Shown here piece by piece: positions 34,316 through 46,600 of a stretch of DNA of 64,000 nt. Origin of the DNA: the human T2T-CHM13v2.0 reference genome, Homo sapiens. The notes below the pieces were generated by a model. The model saw nothing but the letters and a program-made list of their open reading frames with translations. It was not told the origin of the DNA and searched no databases. The position numbers and the translations under genes were made by a program. Within the stretch, counting starts at the first letter, position 1; each line of letters starts with the position of its first letter. The stretch lies in assembly GCF_009914755.1 (NCBI RefSeq), contig NC_060947.1. One strand, given 5' to 3'.

Positions 34316-37300
34316 CTGAGTGATGTCACCAACATGGTGGAATAGGAAGCTCCTAACTCTCCCTCCACCAGTGGACACACCAAATAAACATCTATCCACG
34401 GATCAATTCCCTCTGAGAGAAAGTCAGAGACTGGTCAAGAGACTCCTACCCACAAGGCAACTGAGAAAACATTCACCTCAAATGATACGCTTGGGTATGG
34501 ACACCACCTCAGGCACTGTGCCAAAAAATTGGGAAAGGAATCCCCAACACCCAGTTTCTTCCTGTGGAGAGGAGGATCTGGATCTCACATATAGGACCCA
34601 AACCCTAAGTTTCCCCATGGTTTGACTCTTAATTCACCAACTACAAAAGCAGGGGGGATTAGACACACTGATGTCCCCTAGACCATAACAAAAAAAAGTA
34701 GTGAGTTTATAATGGTGCACGAGCACTTCCAGGGCCTTCATCCCCCTGGGAACAGTGCAAAGAAGGGGCTTAAAAAAACATAGCCATCTGTTTGGGTTTG
34801 AAAAACATCCCTCCAGCAGCTGCCTGGCAGCCTGGCTTCTAACTTGCATCAGGAAGTTAAAGAGACAGTCAAGTATTAACCTGCTGCCAGCCTTGGAAGA
34901 GTTTGCACTCACATCAAGCACCCCAACTCTTACAACGTCTACCTAAGAGATTGCATACTAAATCTCCTAGCTCTGGGAGCAGAAGGAACTAGCATACATG
35001 TGTCTCTCTAGACTGCAGGAAGAGGAGCAGTGGCTTTATGCCAGCCTGCAAGCTTTTTAAGGGACTCCATCCCCCCTAGGATCAATACTGAGAAGGGGCC
35101 TGTTTCTCTCCAGAAGGGGTTTATAAAGCATCCCTCCAGTAGTTAACTGGTGGTCTGACTTCTAACTAACTTACATTGGGGAGTTAAAGGGACAGTCAAT
35201 AACCCACCAGCAGCCTAGGAGGAATTTGCACTCAAAATAAAAGCCCCAACTCTTACCTGCATTTATAATAAATCTCCTAGCTCTGAGAGCAGAAAGGACC
35301 AGCATACATATTTATCTCTAGGTCACAGGAAAAAAAGCATTTTTAAACAGGTATGCAAGTACCTTCAGGGAATTTATCCCCCTGGAGTGATGTAGAGAAG
35401 GGGCCTCCAAAAACACAACCCCCTGTTTCTCCCCAGTAAGGGTTTATGACACACATCAGGAGCCCCAGTTTTCAAAGCTGCCTCCTGAAGGACTCTATCG
35501 TCAACTTAGTAGCTCTGGGAACAGAAGGGACTAGGCATATGCAGGTCTCCCTTGATCCAAGAACAAAGAGATGGTTTTAAAGGGCAATCCAAACATTCCC
35601 AGGGACTACATCTCCTTGGAGCAGTGCAGGAAAGGAGCAGGAATGTGCAGCTCTCACTTTCTTTCCAGAAGGGGCTTATGACACACACTTCCAGTGGCTA
35701 CTTGATGAGTTGGTCTCCAATGAACTTGCATTGGGGAATTAACAAGGTAAACAAACAATAGCCCTTTGGTAGCCAGAGCCAGAGCTCCACACTTCATGGG
35801 ACCTCCACCTGGATCACCTCAGAGATAAATCCAGGCCTATCTATTCTTTTTTGGAAGGAATTTGGCTATGCTCAGAGTGTCATGACCTAGCTCTGGAAGT
35901 CAAGTGGGCTTTGTGATCCTGAGTGACCCAAGACCATAGAAGACAAAGAGGTGGAATATAACAAGTTCACACCCAGTAGCTAGTCCTCCAGGATGAGAAG
36001 GTGCAGGCTGAAAGTGAGTCCAAGTATTTACCACAGATCTTCTCCCTAGCTTAGTGCAGAGAGAGTTGGAGATAAACACTCACATCCAGCCTCATCATAA
36101 AGATAGAAAAAAATGAACACTTCCAACACCCCAACCTTTCCAGTTACATTTAAATACCCTGGATCCTATCATACCAGTCTTGGGGTACTGACAAGACGTG
36201 GCACATCCTAGGCTCCAGGGGACCACCATAAACAGAGATGGTAGTCTGGACAAACACAAAAATTAGAGAGGTGTCTTAAAATTTCTGGCCAGATGGATTG
36301 GTGAAAACCTTCTCCTACACAAGGCTAGTCTAACAAGACAGAGAGAAGTAAGTGGCTTATAAAATGCACAGAAACCAACACAGAGAATCAAGGAAAATGA
36401 AGAAACGGGGAATATATTCCAAACAAAAGAACAAGATAAATTTCCAGAAAGCAGCCTGAATGAAATGGAGTTCTGCGATTTACCCAATAGGGAATTCAAA
36501 GTAATGGTCATAAAGATGCTTAGAAAAGACAAGAGAGCAATGTAAGAACAAGCTGGGAACTTCAATGAAGAGATAGAAAGTATACAAAAGTACTAAACAG
36601 AAATCATAAATCTGAAGATGCTATGACTGAACTGAAAAATTCAATAGAGGAGTTCAACAACAGAGTAGATCAAGCAGAAGAAAGGATCAGTGAACTTGAA
36701 GACAGGTCACTGGAAATCATCCAGTCTGAGGAGCAAAAAGAAAAAAGAATGAAAAAGAGTGATGATAGCTTAAGAGACCAATGGGACACCATCAAGTGGG
36801 GCAACTTATGCATTATCAGTGTACCAGAAGGAGAAGAAATGGAGAAAAGGACAGAAAACATATTCAAAGAAATAGTGCCAGAAAACTTCCCAAGTCTATG
36901 GAATGAATGAAAAGCCAGATCCAGGAAGCCTGTAGGACATCAAATAAGATGAATCCAAAGAGAGCCACACCACAACACATCATAGGCAGATTGTCCAATT
37001 TAAAGACAGAAAGTATTGAAAGCAGCAAGAGAAAAGAATTGTCATATATAGTAGAACCCCCATAAAGCCACAAGAAGACTTCTCAACAGAAACCTTGCAA
37101 GCCAGAAGGGAGTGGGATAATATATTCAAAATCCTAAAAGAAAAAGACTGTTAACCAAAAATATTATACCTAAGAATCCTGTCTTTCAAAAACAAAAGGG
37201 TGATAAAGATTTTCTCAGACAAACAAAAGTTGAGCGGATGTTTCACCACTAGACATGCATTGCAAAAAATGCTAAAGGAGGTTCTTCAAGCTGAAGGAAG

Positions 37301-37897
37301 AGGACACTAATTAGTGACATAAAATTACATGAAAGTATAAAACTCACTGGTAAAATAAGTACATTGTCAAACCCAAAACACTCTAATACTGTAATGGTGG
37401 TGTGTAAATCCATTGTATCTCTAGTATAAAGGTCAAAAGGCAAAACTAGTAAAAACAACTAAAGTTACAATAATTTGCTAAGGGATACATACTATTAAAA
37501 GATGTAAACTGTGACATAAAAACATAAAATGTGGGAGGAGGGGGTGTAAAAGTGGAGAGTTTGTGTATGCAATCAAAATTATGCTATCAGAGTAAATTAA
37601 TCCATTATAAGATGTTTTATGTAAGCCTCAGGGTAGCCACAAACCAAAAAACTTGTAGTAGATCCACAAAAGATAAAAAGAAAAGAACCAAAGCATACCA
37701 CCACAGAAAGCCATCCAATCACAGAGGAAGAAAGCAAGAGACGAAGAAGAGAACAAAAGATCTAAAAAACAACTATAAAACAGTTAACAAAATGGCAGGA
37801 GTAAGGCAGTACCTATCAATAATAACCTTGAATGTAAATGTATTAGATTCTCCAATTAAAAGATATAGAGTGGCTGAATGAATTAAAAAAAAAAACT

Positions 37898-38200
37898 GGC
37901 TGGGCATGGTGGCTTATGTCTGTAATCTCAGCACTTTGGGAGGCCAAGGTGAGTGGATCACTTGAGGCTGAGTTCAAGACCAGCCTGGCCAACATGGTGA
38001 AACCCCATCTCTACTAAAAATATGAAAATTAGCCAGGTGTGGTGGTGCACACCTGTAGTCCCAGCTACTTGGGAGGCTGAGACAGGAGAATCACTTGAAC
38101 CTGGGAGGCGGAGGTTGCAGTGAGTTCAGACTGCACCACTGCACTCCAGCCTGGGCAACAGAGTGAGACTCCATCTTAAAAAACAAACAAACAAACAAAA
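37898..38200 (+). mobile_element. AluSx/Sz-like inserted in L1 ORF2
   Basis: Full dimer with a (CAAA)n tail. Confidence 0.95.
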
Positions 38201-41200
38201 CACTATATGTAGCCTACAATACTCACCTCACCTTAAGGATATGCATAGACTAAAAGTGAAGGGATGGAAAAAGGATATTTTATGCAAATGGAAATCAAAA
38301 GAGAGCAGGGGTAGCTATGCTTAAGTCAAAAATTGTAAAAAGAGACAAATAAGGTCATTATAAATAATAAAGACATCAATTCAGCAAGAGGATATAACAA
38401 CTGTAAATATATATGCAATCAATACTGGAGCACCCAGATATATAAAGCAAATATTAATAGATCTAAAGGGAGAGATTTACAACAATACAGTAATAGTAGG
38501 GGACTTCAACACCCCACTTTCAGCAATGTACAGATCATTCAGACAGAAAATCAACAAAGAAACATCAGAGTTCAACTGCACCCCAGACCAAATGGACCTA
38601 TCTGACATTTAGAGAACATTTCATTCAACAGGTGCAGAATAGACATTATTCTCATTGGCACATGGAACATTCTTCAGGATGGACGATATGTTAGGCCACA
38701 AAACAGCCTTAACAAATTTTTAAAAATTGAAATCATATCAAGTATCTTTTCTGATCACAATGGAATAAAACTAAAAATCAATAACAGGAGGAACTTTGGA
38801 AACTGAACAAATTCATGGAAATTAAGCAACATGCTCCTGAACGACCAATGTTGAATGGAGAAATTAAGAAGGAAATTAAAACATTTTTTTGAACAAACAA
38901 AAATGGAAAAACAACATACAAAAACCTATGGGATATAGCAAAAACAGTACTAAGAGAGAGCTTATAGCAATAAATGCCTACCTCCAAAAAGTAGAGTGAT
39001 TTTAAATAAACAACCTAATTATGCACTCAAGGAACTAGAAAAGCAAGAATAAACCAAACTGAAAATTAGCAGAAGGCAAGAAATAATAATGATCAGAGAA
39101 GAAATAACTGAAATTGAGACTTAAAAATAAAAAAATTAACAAAACAAAGAGTTAGTTTTTTGAAAAGATAAACAAAATTGACAAACCTTTAGCTGAACTA
39201 GAAAAAAAGAAGACCCAAATAAATCAGAGATGAAAAAGGAGACATTACAACTAATGCTAAAGATATATGAAGAATCATTTGAGACTATTATGAACCACTG
39301 ACTACACATCAACAAACTGGAAAATCTAGAAGAAACAGATAAATTTATAAACATATACAACCTAACAAGTTTGAATGATGAAGAAATAGAAAATCTGAAA
39401 AGAACAATAATGAGTAATGAGGTTGAGTCAATGATAAAAAGTCTCCCAACAAAGGAAAGCCCAGGACTGGATAGCTTTACTGCTGAATTCTACTGAAGAC
39501 GAACACCAATTCTTCTCAAACTATTCAAAAAAAAAAAAAAAAAGAAGGGGATGGGAGTTTTGCAAACTTATTCTTTGAGGCCAGAATTATCCTGATATCA
39601 AAACCAGACATGGATGCAACAACAACAAATACAACTAAAGGACATTATCCTTGATGAACATAGATGTAAAAATCCCCAACAAAATAATAGCAAATGAAAT
39701 CCAATAGCACACCAAAGAATACTATACACCATGATCAAATGGGATTTATCCCAGGGATGCAAACGTGATTCAATATATGCAAATCAATACACATAATACA
39801 TTACATTAACTAATGAAAAGACAAAACCATATGATCATCTCAGTAGGTGCAGAAAAAGAATTTGATAAAATTCAACATCCCTTCATAATAAAAAAACCCT
39901 TTCAAATTAAATATAGAATGTACTTCAAAACAATAAAGGCCAAATATGACAAACCCACAGCTAACATCATACCGAATAGGGAAAAGTGGAAAGCCTTTCC
40001 TCTAAGATCCGGAACAATACAAAGATGCCCATTTTCAGCACTTTTTTCAACACAGTACAAAGCAAGAGAGGAAGTTTTAGCCAGAGCAGTTAGGCAAGAG
40101 AAAGAAATAAAGGGCATCCAAATTGGAAAGGAGAAAGTCAAACTGTCACTGTTTACAGATAACATAATCTTATATTGAGGAAAACCTAAAGACTACACTA
40201 AAAGACTGTTAGAGCTGATAAATAAATTCAGTAAATTTGCAAGATAAAAAAATCAACTTACAAACATCTATAGAAACAGTGATATTACTATAGAAACATT
40301 GTTTCTATACACCAATAATGAACAATATGAAAAGAAATCAAGAAAGCAATCCCATTTACAATAGCTACAAAAAAATAAAATACCTAAGAATAAACTTAAT
40401 GAGGTAAAAGATCTCTACAATGAAAACTATAAAACACTGATGAAAGAATCGAACAGGGTACACATTAAAAAATGGAAAGATATCTCATGATCATGGATTG
40501 TAAGAGTTAATATTGTTAAGATGTCCATACTACCCAAAGTGATCTACAGATTCAATTCAATCCCTGTCAAAATTCCAATAACATTTTTGACAGAAATAGA
40601 AAAAACAATCCTAAAATTCAGATGGCAACCACAAAAGACCCTGAACAGCCAAAGCAATCCTGAGTAAACAGAACATAGCTGATAGCATCCCCCTATCTGA
40701 CTGCAAGATATACTACAAAGCTATAGTAACCAAAACAACATGGTACTTGCATAAAAACAGATACATAGACCAATGGACCAGAGGAGAAAACCCAGAAATG
40801 AATCTATATCTTTATAGCCAACTGACTTTTGACAAACGTGCCAAGAACATACATTGGAGAAAGAACACCCTCTTCAATAAATAGTGCTGGGAAAATTGGA
40901 TATCCATATGCAGAAGAATGAAACTAGACCCCTATCTCTCCCCATATACAAAAATTAATTCAAGATAGATAAAAGATTAAATGTAAGACCAAAGCCTATA
41001 AAACTACTGGAAGAAAACACAGGGGATATGCTTCAGGACATTGGTCTGAGCAAAGATTTTTTGGATGAGACCTCAAAAAGCACAGGCCATAAAATAAAAA
41101 ATAGACAAATGGGATGATATCCAACCTAAAAGCTTCTGCACAACAAAGGAAACACCAAAATAAAGAGAACCTAGAGAATGGGAGAAAATATTTGCAAACA

Positions 41201-42001
41201 GTTCAACTGACAAAGAACTAATATCCAAAATATATAAGGAACTCAAACAACTCAATAGGAAAACAAACAAACAAAAAACCAAATAATCTGATTTAAAAAT
41301 CGACAAACGTTCTGAATAGACATTTCTCAAAAGAGGACATACAAATGGCTAACAGGTATATGAAAAATTGCTCAATATCACTAGTCATCAGGGAAATGCA
41401 AATAAAAACCACAATGAAGTTTCATCTCACCCCAAGTACTGGTGAGGAAGTAGAGAAAGGGAAATTCTTATGCACTCTTGATGGGAATGTAAATTGGTAC
41501 AGCCTTTATGGAAAACAGTATGGAGGGTCCTCAAAAAATTAAAAATAGAAATACCATATGATGTAGCAATCCTACCATGGAGTATATATCAAAAGAAAGA
41601 AAATCAGCACACTGAAGAGATATCTGCACTCCCATGTTTATTGCAGCACTATTCACAGTAGCCAAGATATTAAATCAATCTAAGTGACTATTGTCAGATA
41701 AATTAATAAGGAAAATGTGATACATATAGAAAATGGAATATTATTTGGCCATAAAGAATGAAATTCTGTCATTTGTGGCAACATGGATGAGCCTGGAGGC
41801 CATTATGTTAAGTGAAATTAGCCAGGCACAGAAAGACAAATAACCACATGTTCTCATTTATATGTGGGAGTTAAAAAAATTGGTCCCATGGAAGGAGATA
41901 ATAGAATAGTAGTTATCAGAGTTTTGGAAGGGGAAGGGTACAGGGGCTAGGGAGAAGCTGGTTAATAACACAAAATTACAACTATATAGGAGGAATAAGT
42001 T

Positions 42002-42188
42002 TTTTTAAATTCAAATTTTCAGAGGCTTTATTCTATTTTTTAGTTTTACTTTTAAAAAGGTTTTTAAAATTTTCAGTAGATTTATGGGGAACAGGTGGTG
42101 TTTGGTTTCATGAATAAGTTTTTTAGTGGTGATTTCTGAGACTTTGTTGCACCCATCACCCAAGCAGTGTACACTGTACCCAATGTAG
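42002..42188 (-). mobile_element. Very short L1PB-like 3' end insertion
   Basis: ggggaacaggtggtgtttgg..gcacccatcacccaagcagtgtacactgtacccaa; 16-bp TSD ataggaggaataagtt at 41986-42001 and 42189-42204. Confidence 0.88.
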
Positions 42189-42461
42189 ATAGGAGGAATA
42201 AGTTCTAATGTTCTATATAACACAGTAGGGTGGCTATAGTTAACAATAATTTATTGTATCTTTCAAAACAGCTAGAAGAAAGGATTTTGAATATTCCCAA
42301 CACAAAGAAATGATAAATATTTGAGGTGATGGATGTGCCAATTACTCTGATTCGATCATTACACATTGTATACATGTATGGAAATATCACAAGTACTCCA
42401 TAAATATGTACAATTATGTATCAACTTAAAAGTTTAAAATAAAATAAAATTACATCTATTC

Positions 42462-42862
42462 TGTGTTAGTCAGCTATTACCAGAACGAGGCAACATAACA
42501 AAACATGCCCAAACTCAGTGGTTAACAAGCATTTATTTCCATACTCATGAGTTCATCTGAGACTTGATTCATTTAGGATGGGCCTTGCTTGGGCTTAGCT
42601 CTGCTTTAGGCTGTGGGTTCGGTTTAGGTCTGCTCTATATGTGTGTTGAGGCACAGAATTAAGGGGAAGTAGGTACCCTGGACATGCTCTTCTCATGTTG
42701 TATCATCACAGCATAAGAGTCAATCCAAATAATATAAGCAATATTGGTCAAAGGAAATCACATGATCAAACCCAATATTAATGAGGCAGAGAACTATACT
42801 CTGCCCATACTGGGAGAAAGAAGGGAAAGAATATTTGCTGAACAATCACCCAAATTATCACA
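42462..42862 (-). mobile_element. MLT1-type LTR
   Basis: tgtgttagtcagctatt..cccaaactcagtgg..gaatatttgctgaacaa. Confidence 0.6.
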
Positions 42863-42879
42863 CACAGACACACACATAC

Positions 42880-43282
42880 TCATGCACACACCTCCCACCC
42901 ATCTCCATATCTCCCTTCCATGCTTTGCCTTTCTCCTTAGGGCTTATCACTACCCTACATATGACATATTTTACTTATCTGCTTTGTTTATTGTCTGTCT
43001 CTTTGATTAAAATGGAGACTCTCCGTTTTTATTTATTTATTTATTTTTATTTTTTATAGTTTTTGGGGTACAGGTAATTTTTGGTCACATGGATAAATTC
43101 TTTAGCGGTGATTTCTGGGATTTTAGTGCACTCATCATCCAAGCAGTATACACTGTACCCAATATGTAGAGACTTTCCATTTTTAAATGGAGCAAGGATT
43201 TTTGTTTGTTTTGGTGTATCATCAGTACCTTGAAGAGTACCTGGAACCTAGTGGACACTGAATAAATATTTGTTGAATGACA
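42880..43282 (+). mobile_element. L2a 3' end (continuation), split by a short L1
   Basis: tttattgtctgtctc..gtacctggaacctagtggacactgaataaatatttgttgaatga. Confidence 0.75.
43031..43169 (-). mobile_element. Very short L1PB-like 3' end insertion
   Basis: tttggggtacaggt..gcagtatacactgtacccaatatg; TSD gagact(c/t)tcc(g/a)ttttt. Confidence 0.85.
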
Positions 43283-43404
43283 GTAAAGAAGTCCACCCAT
43301 TATCACTGAGGGCACATTCAAAGAAATTCAGAAATAAGTTCTAGGCTCTTAAAGCCTTCTGAATAGGGACATTTTCTCTGTAAAAGACTGGTCTTATCAT
43401 TCTA

Positions 43405-43800
43405 TCTACCACATTACTACCTCTATTACCACCATCATCAACACCATTCTTCTCACCACGCCTATTATTATCATGATTATCATTACCATCATCACCATTA
43501 CCATCATAATCTCCATCAATATCACTATTACCACCATCTTTCTCACCATTGTCATTGTCACTGTCACCATCACCACCAGCACCAACACAACCACCACCAT
43601 CACCACCTATATTGCATCACCATCAACGCAATCACCATTTCACTTCTACCATGATCAGCACCACCACTACTGTCACTGCAATCACCACCTTCATCACATT
43701 GCCATCACCACAGTCATTACCATCCCATGCCCACCACTATAATCATCATTACTCCCATCTCCATCACCACCATCACTGTTATTATTAACATTATCTCCAT
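43405..43800. repeat. Degenerate (CAT/CAC)n low-complexity tract
   Basis: About 400 bp of accatc/atcacc triplet-period sequence. Confidence 0.9.
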
Positions 43801-43929
43801 TATATAGTGATGATGGACAGTAATACTGATTCCACACAGCTCTCAAACTAATTGCAGTATGGGAAGCAAAAGAAATGATCATTCTGTCCCAGTAGGGTAG
43901 CTGCAATGAAAAAATCTCAATGTGAATTC

Positions 43930-46600
43930 AATGAATCTAAATGCCCATCAACAGTAGACTGGATAAAGAAAATGTGGTACATATACACTACAGAATACTA
44001 CACAGCAATAAAAAAGAATGAGGTCATGTCCTTTGCAGCAACATGTATGGAGCTGGAGGCCATTATCTTAAGCAAACTGACATAGGAACAGAAAACCAAA
44101 TGCTGCATGTTCTCACTTATAAGTAGAAGCTAAATATTGAGTACATGTGGACACAAAGAAGGGAACAACAGACACCGAGGCCTATTTAAGGTGGAGGGTA
44201 GGAGGAGGGAGAGGATCAAAAACTACCTAGCAGTTATGATATAGTTTGGCTGTGTCCCCACCCAAATCTCATCTTGAATTGTGGCTCCCATAATTCCCAC
44301 ATGTCAAGAGAGGGACCCAGTGGGAGGCAATTGAATCATGAGGGCAGGTCTTTCTTGTGTTGTTTTCATGATAGTGAATAAGTCTCATGAGATTTGATGG
44401 TTTTATAAATGGGAGTTCTCCTGCACAAGCTCTCTTGCCTGCCACCATGTAAGATGTGACTTTACTTTTCCTTTGCCTTCCACCATGATTGTGAGGCCTC
44501 CCTAGCCATGTCGAACTGTAAGTCTATTAAACCTCTTTCCTTTATAAATTACCCAGTCTCATGTATGTCTTTGTTAGCAGTGTGAGAACAGACAAATACA
44601 GTAAACTGGTGCTGGGTAGTGGGGTGCTGCTGTAAAGATACCAGAAAATGTGGAAGCAACTTTGGAACTGGGTAACAGGCAGAGGATGGAACAGTTTGGA
44701 GGGCTCAGAAGAAGATAGAAAGAAGTGGGAAAGTTTGGAACTTCCTAGAGACTTGTTGAATGGCTTTGACCAAAATGCTGGTAGTGACATGGACAATAAA
44801 GTCCAGGCTCAGGTGGTCTCAGATAGAGATGAGGAACTTGTTGGGAACTGGAGTAAAGGTCACTTTTGCTATGCAAAGAGACTGGCGGCATTGTGCCCCT
44901 TCCGTAGAGGTCTGTGGAACTTTGGTTTGAGAGAGATGATTTAGGGTATCTGGTGGAAGAAATTTCTAAGTGGCAAAGTGTTCAAGAGGAAGCAGAGCAT
45001 AAAAGTTTGGAAAATTTGCAGCCTGGTGATGCGATAGAAAAGAAAACCCCATTTTCTGGGGAGAAATTCAAGCTGGCTGCAGAAATTTGCATAAGTAGCA
45101 AGGAGCCAAATATTAATTACCAAGACAGTGGGGAAAATGTCTCCAGGGCATGTCAGAGGTCTTCATGGCAGCCCCTCCCATCACAGTTCAGAGGCCTAGG
45201 AGAACAAAGCGGTTTTGTGGGCCAGGCCTAGGGCCTTGCTGCTTTGTGCAGTCTTGGGACTTGGTGCCCTGCATTCCAGCCGTGGCTAAAAGGGGCCAAC
45301 ATACAGCTCAGGGCATTGCTTCAGAGGGTGCAAGCCCTAAGCCTTGGCAGCTTACACATGGTGTTGGGCCTGCAGGTGGACAGAAGTCAAGAATTGAGGT
45401 TTGGGAACCTCTGCTTAGATTTCAGAGGATGTATGGTAATGCCTGAATGTCTAGGCAGAGGTGTGCTGCAGGGGTGGAGCCCTCATGGAGAACCTCTGCT
45501 AGGGGAGTGCAGAAGGGAAACATGGGGTGGGAGCTCCCACACAGAGTCCCCACAGGGGCACTGCCTAGTGGAACTATGAGAAGAGGGTCACTGTCCTCCA
45601 GACCCCAGAATGGTAGATCTATGGACAGCTTGCACCATGTGCCTGGAAAAGCTGCAGACACTCAATGCCAGCCCATGAAAGCAGCTAGGAGTGGGGCTGT
45701 CCCTGCAAAGTCACAGGGGTGGAGCGGCCCAAGACCATGGGAACCCATGGTGGTTGTGAGATATGGAGTCAAAGGAGATCATTTGGAGGAGATCAAGATT
45801 TGACTGCCCTGGTGGATTTTAGACTTGCATGGATGGGGCTTGTAACCCCTTCATTGTGGCCAATTTCTGCCATTTTACAGATGTATTTACCCAATGCCTG
45901 TACCCCCATTGTATCTAGGAAGTAACTAACTTGCTTTTGATTTTACAGGCTCATAGGTGGAAGGGACTTGCCTTGTCTCAGATGAGACTTTGGACTGTGG
46001 ACTTTTGAGTTAATGCTGAAATGAGTTAAGACTTTGGGGGACTGTTGGGAAGCCATGATTGTGTTTTGAAATGTGAAAAGGACATGAGATTTGGGAGGGG
46101 CCGGGGGTGGAATGATATGGTTTGGCTGTGTCCCCTCCCAAATCTCTTCTTGAATTATAGCTGCCACAATTCCCATGTGTCATGGGAGGGACCCAGTGGG
46201 AGGTAATTGAATCATGAGGGTGGGTCTTTCTCATGCTCTTCTCGTGATAGTGAATAAGTCTCACAAGATCTGATGGTTTTATAAATGGGAGATCCCCTGC
46301 ACAAGCTCTCTTGCCTGCCACCATGTAAGATGTGGCTTTGCTTCTCCTTTGCCTTCCACCATGATCATGAGGCCTCCCCAGCCATGTGGAATTGTGAGTC
46401 AGTTAAAACTCTTTCCTTTATAAATTACCCAGTCTCGGGTATGTCTTTATTACCAACAGGACAACAGACTAATACAGTGTACTATTCTTATTACCTGGGT
46501 GACTAAATAATCTGTATACTAAAGCCCTATGACATGCAATTTACCTATATAACAAACCTGCACGTGTATCCCTGAAACTAAAATAAAACTTAACAAACAA
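43930..46600 (+). mobile_element. L1PA15/16-like 3' end, split by a THE1 element
   Basis: ORF2 end and 3'UTR at 43930-44236, resuming at 46477-46600 (tattacctgggtga..aacaaacctgcac). Confidence 0.85.
44237..46476 (+). mobile_element. Complete THE1 (B/C-like) MaLR provirus: LTR 44237-44600, internal 44601-46112, LTR 46113-46476
   Basis: Two 364-bp direct LTRs (tgatat...aataca) flank a THE1-int sequence; purine-rich tract before the 3' LTR. Confidence 0.95.

Larger units (their letters stand above)
34318..42450 (+). mobile_element. Near full-length decayed L1 of L1MA age (L1MA4-6-like 3' end)
   Basis: About 2-kb 5'UTR; ORF1 remnant at about 36397-37320 (ELKNSIEEFNNRVDQAEERISELED); long inter-ORF spacer; ORF2 remnant from ATG 37792 (SIITLNVN) to about 41870; L1MA-type 3'UTR; many stops and frameshifts. 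Confidence 0.92.

Noticed and set aside
43406-43906. His-, Thr- and Met/Val-rich ORFs
   Set aside because: Products of the CAT/CAC low-complexity tract.
44648-45925. Chain of roughly 100-aa ORFs
   Set aside because: Fragments of the decayed THE1 internal ORF.
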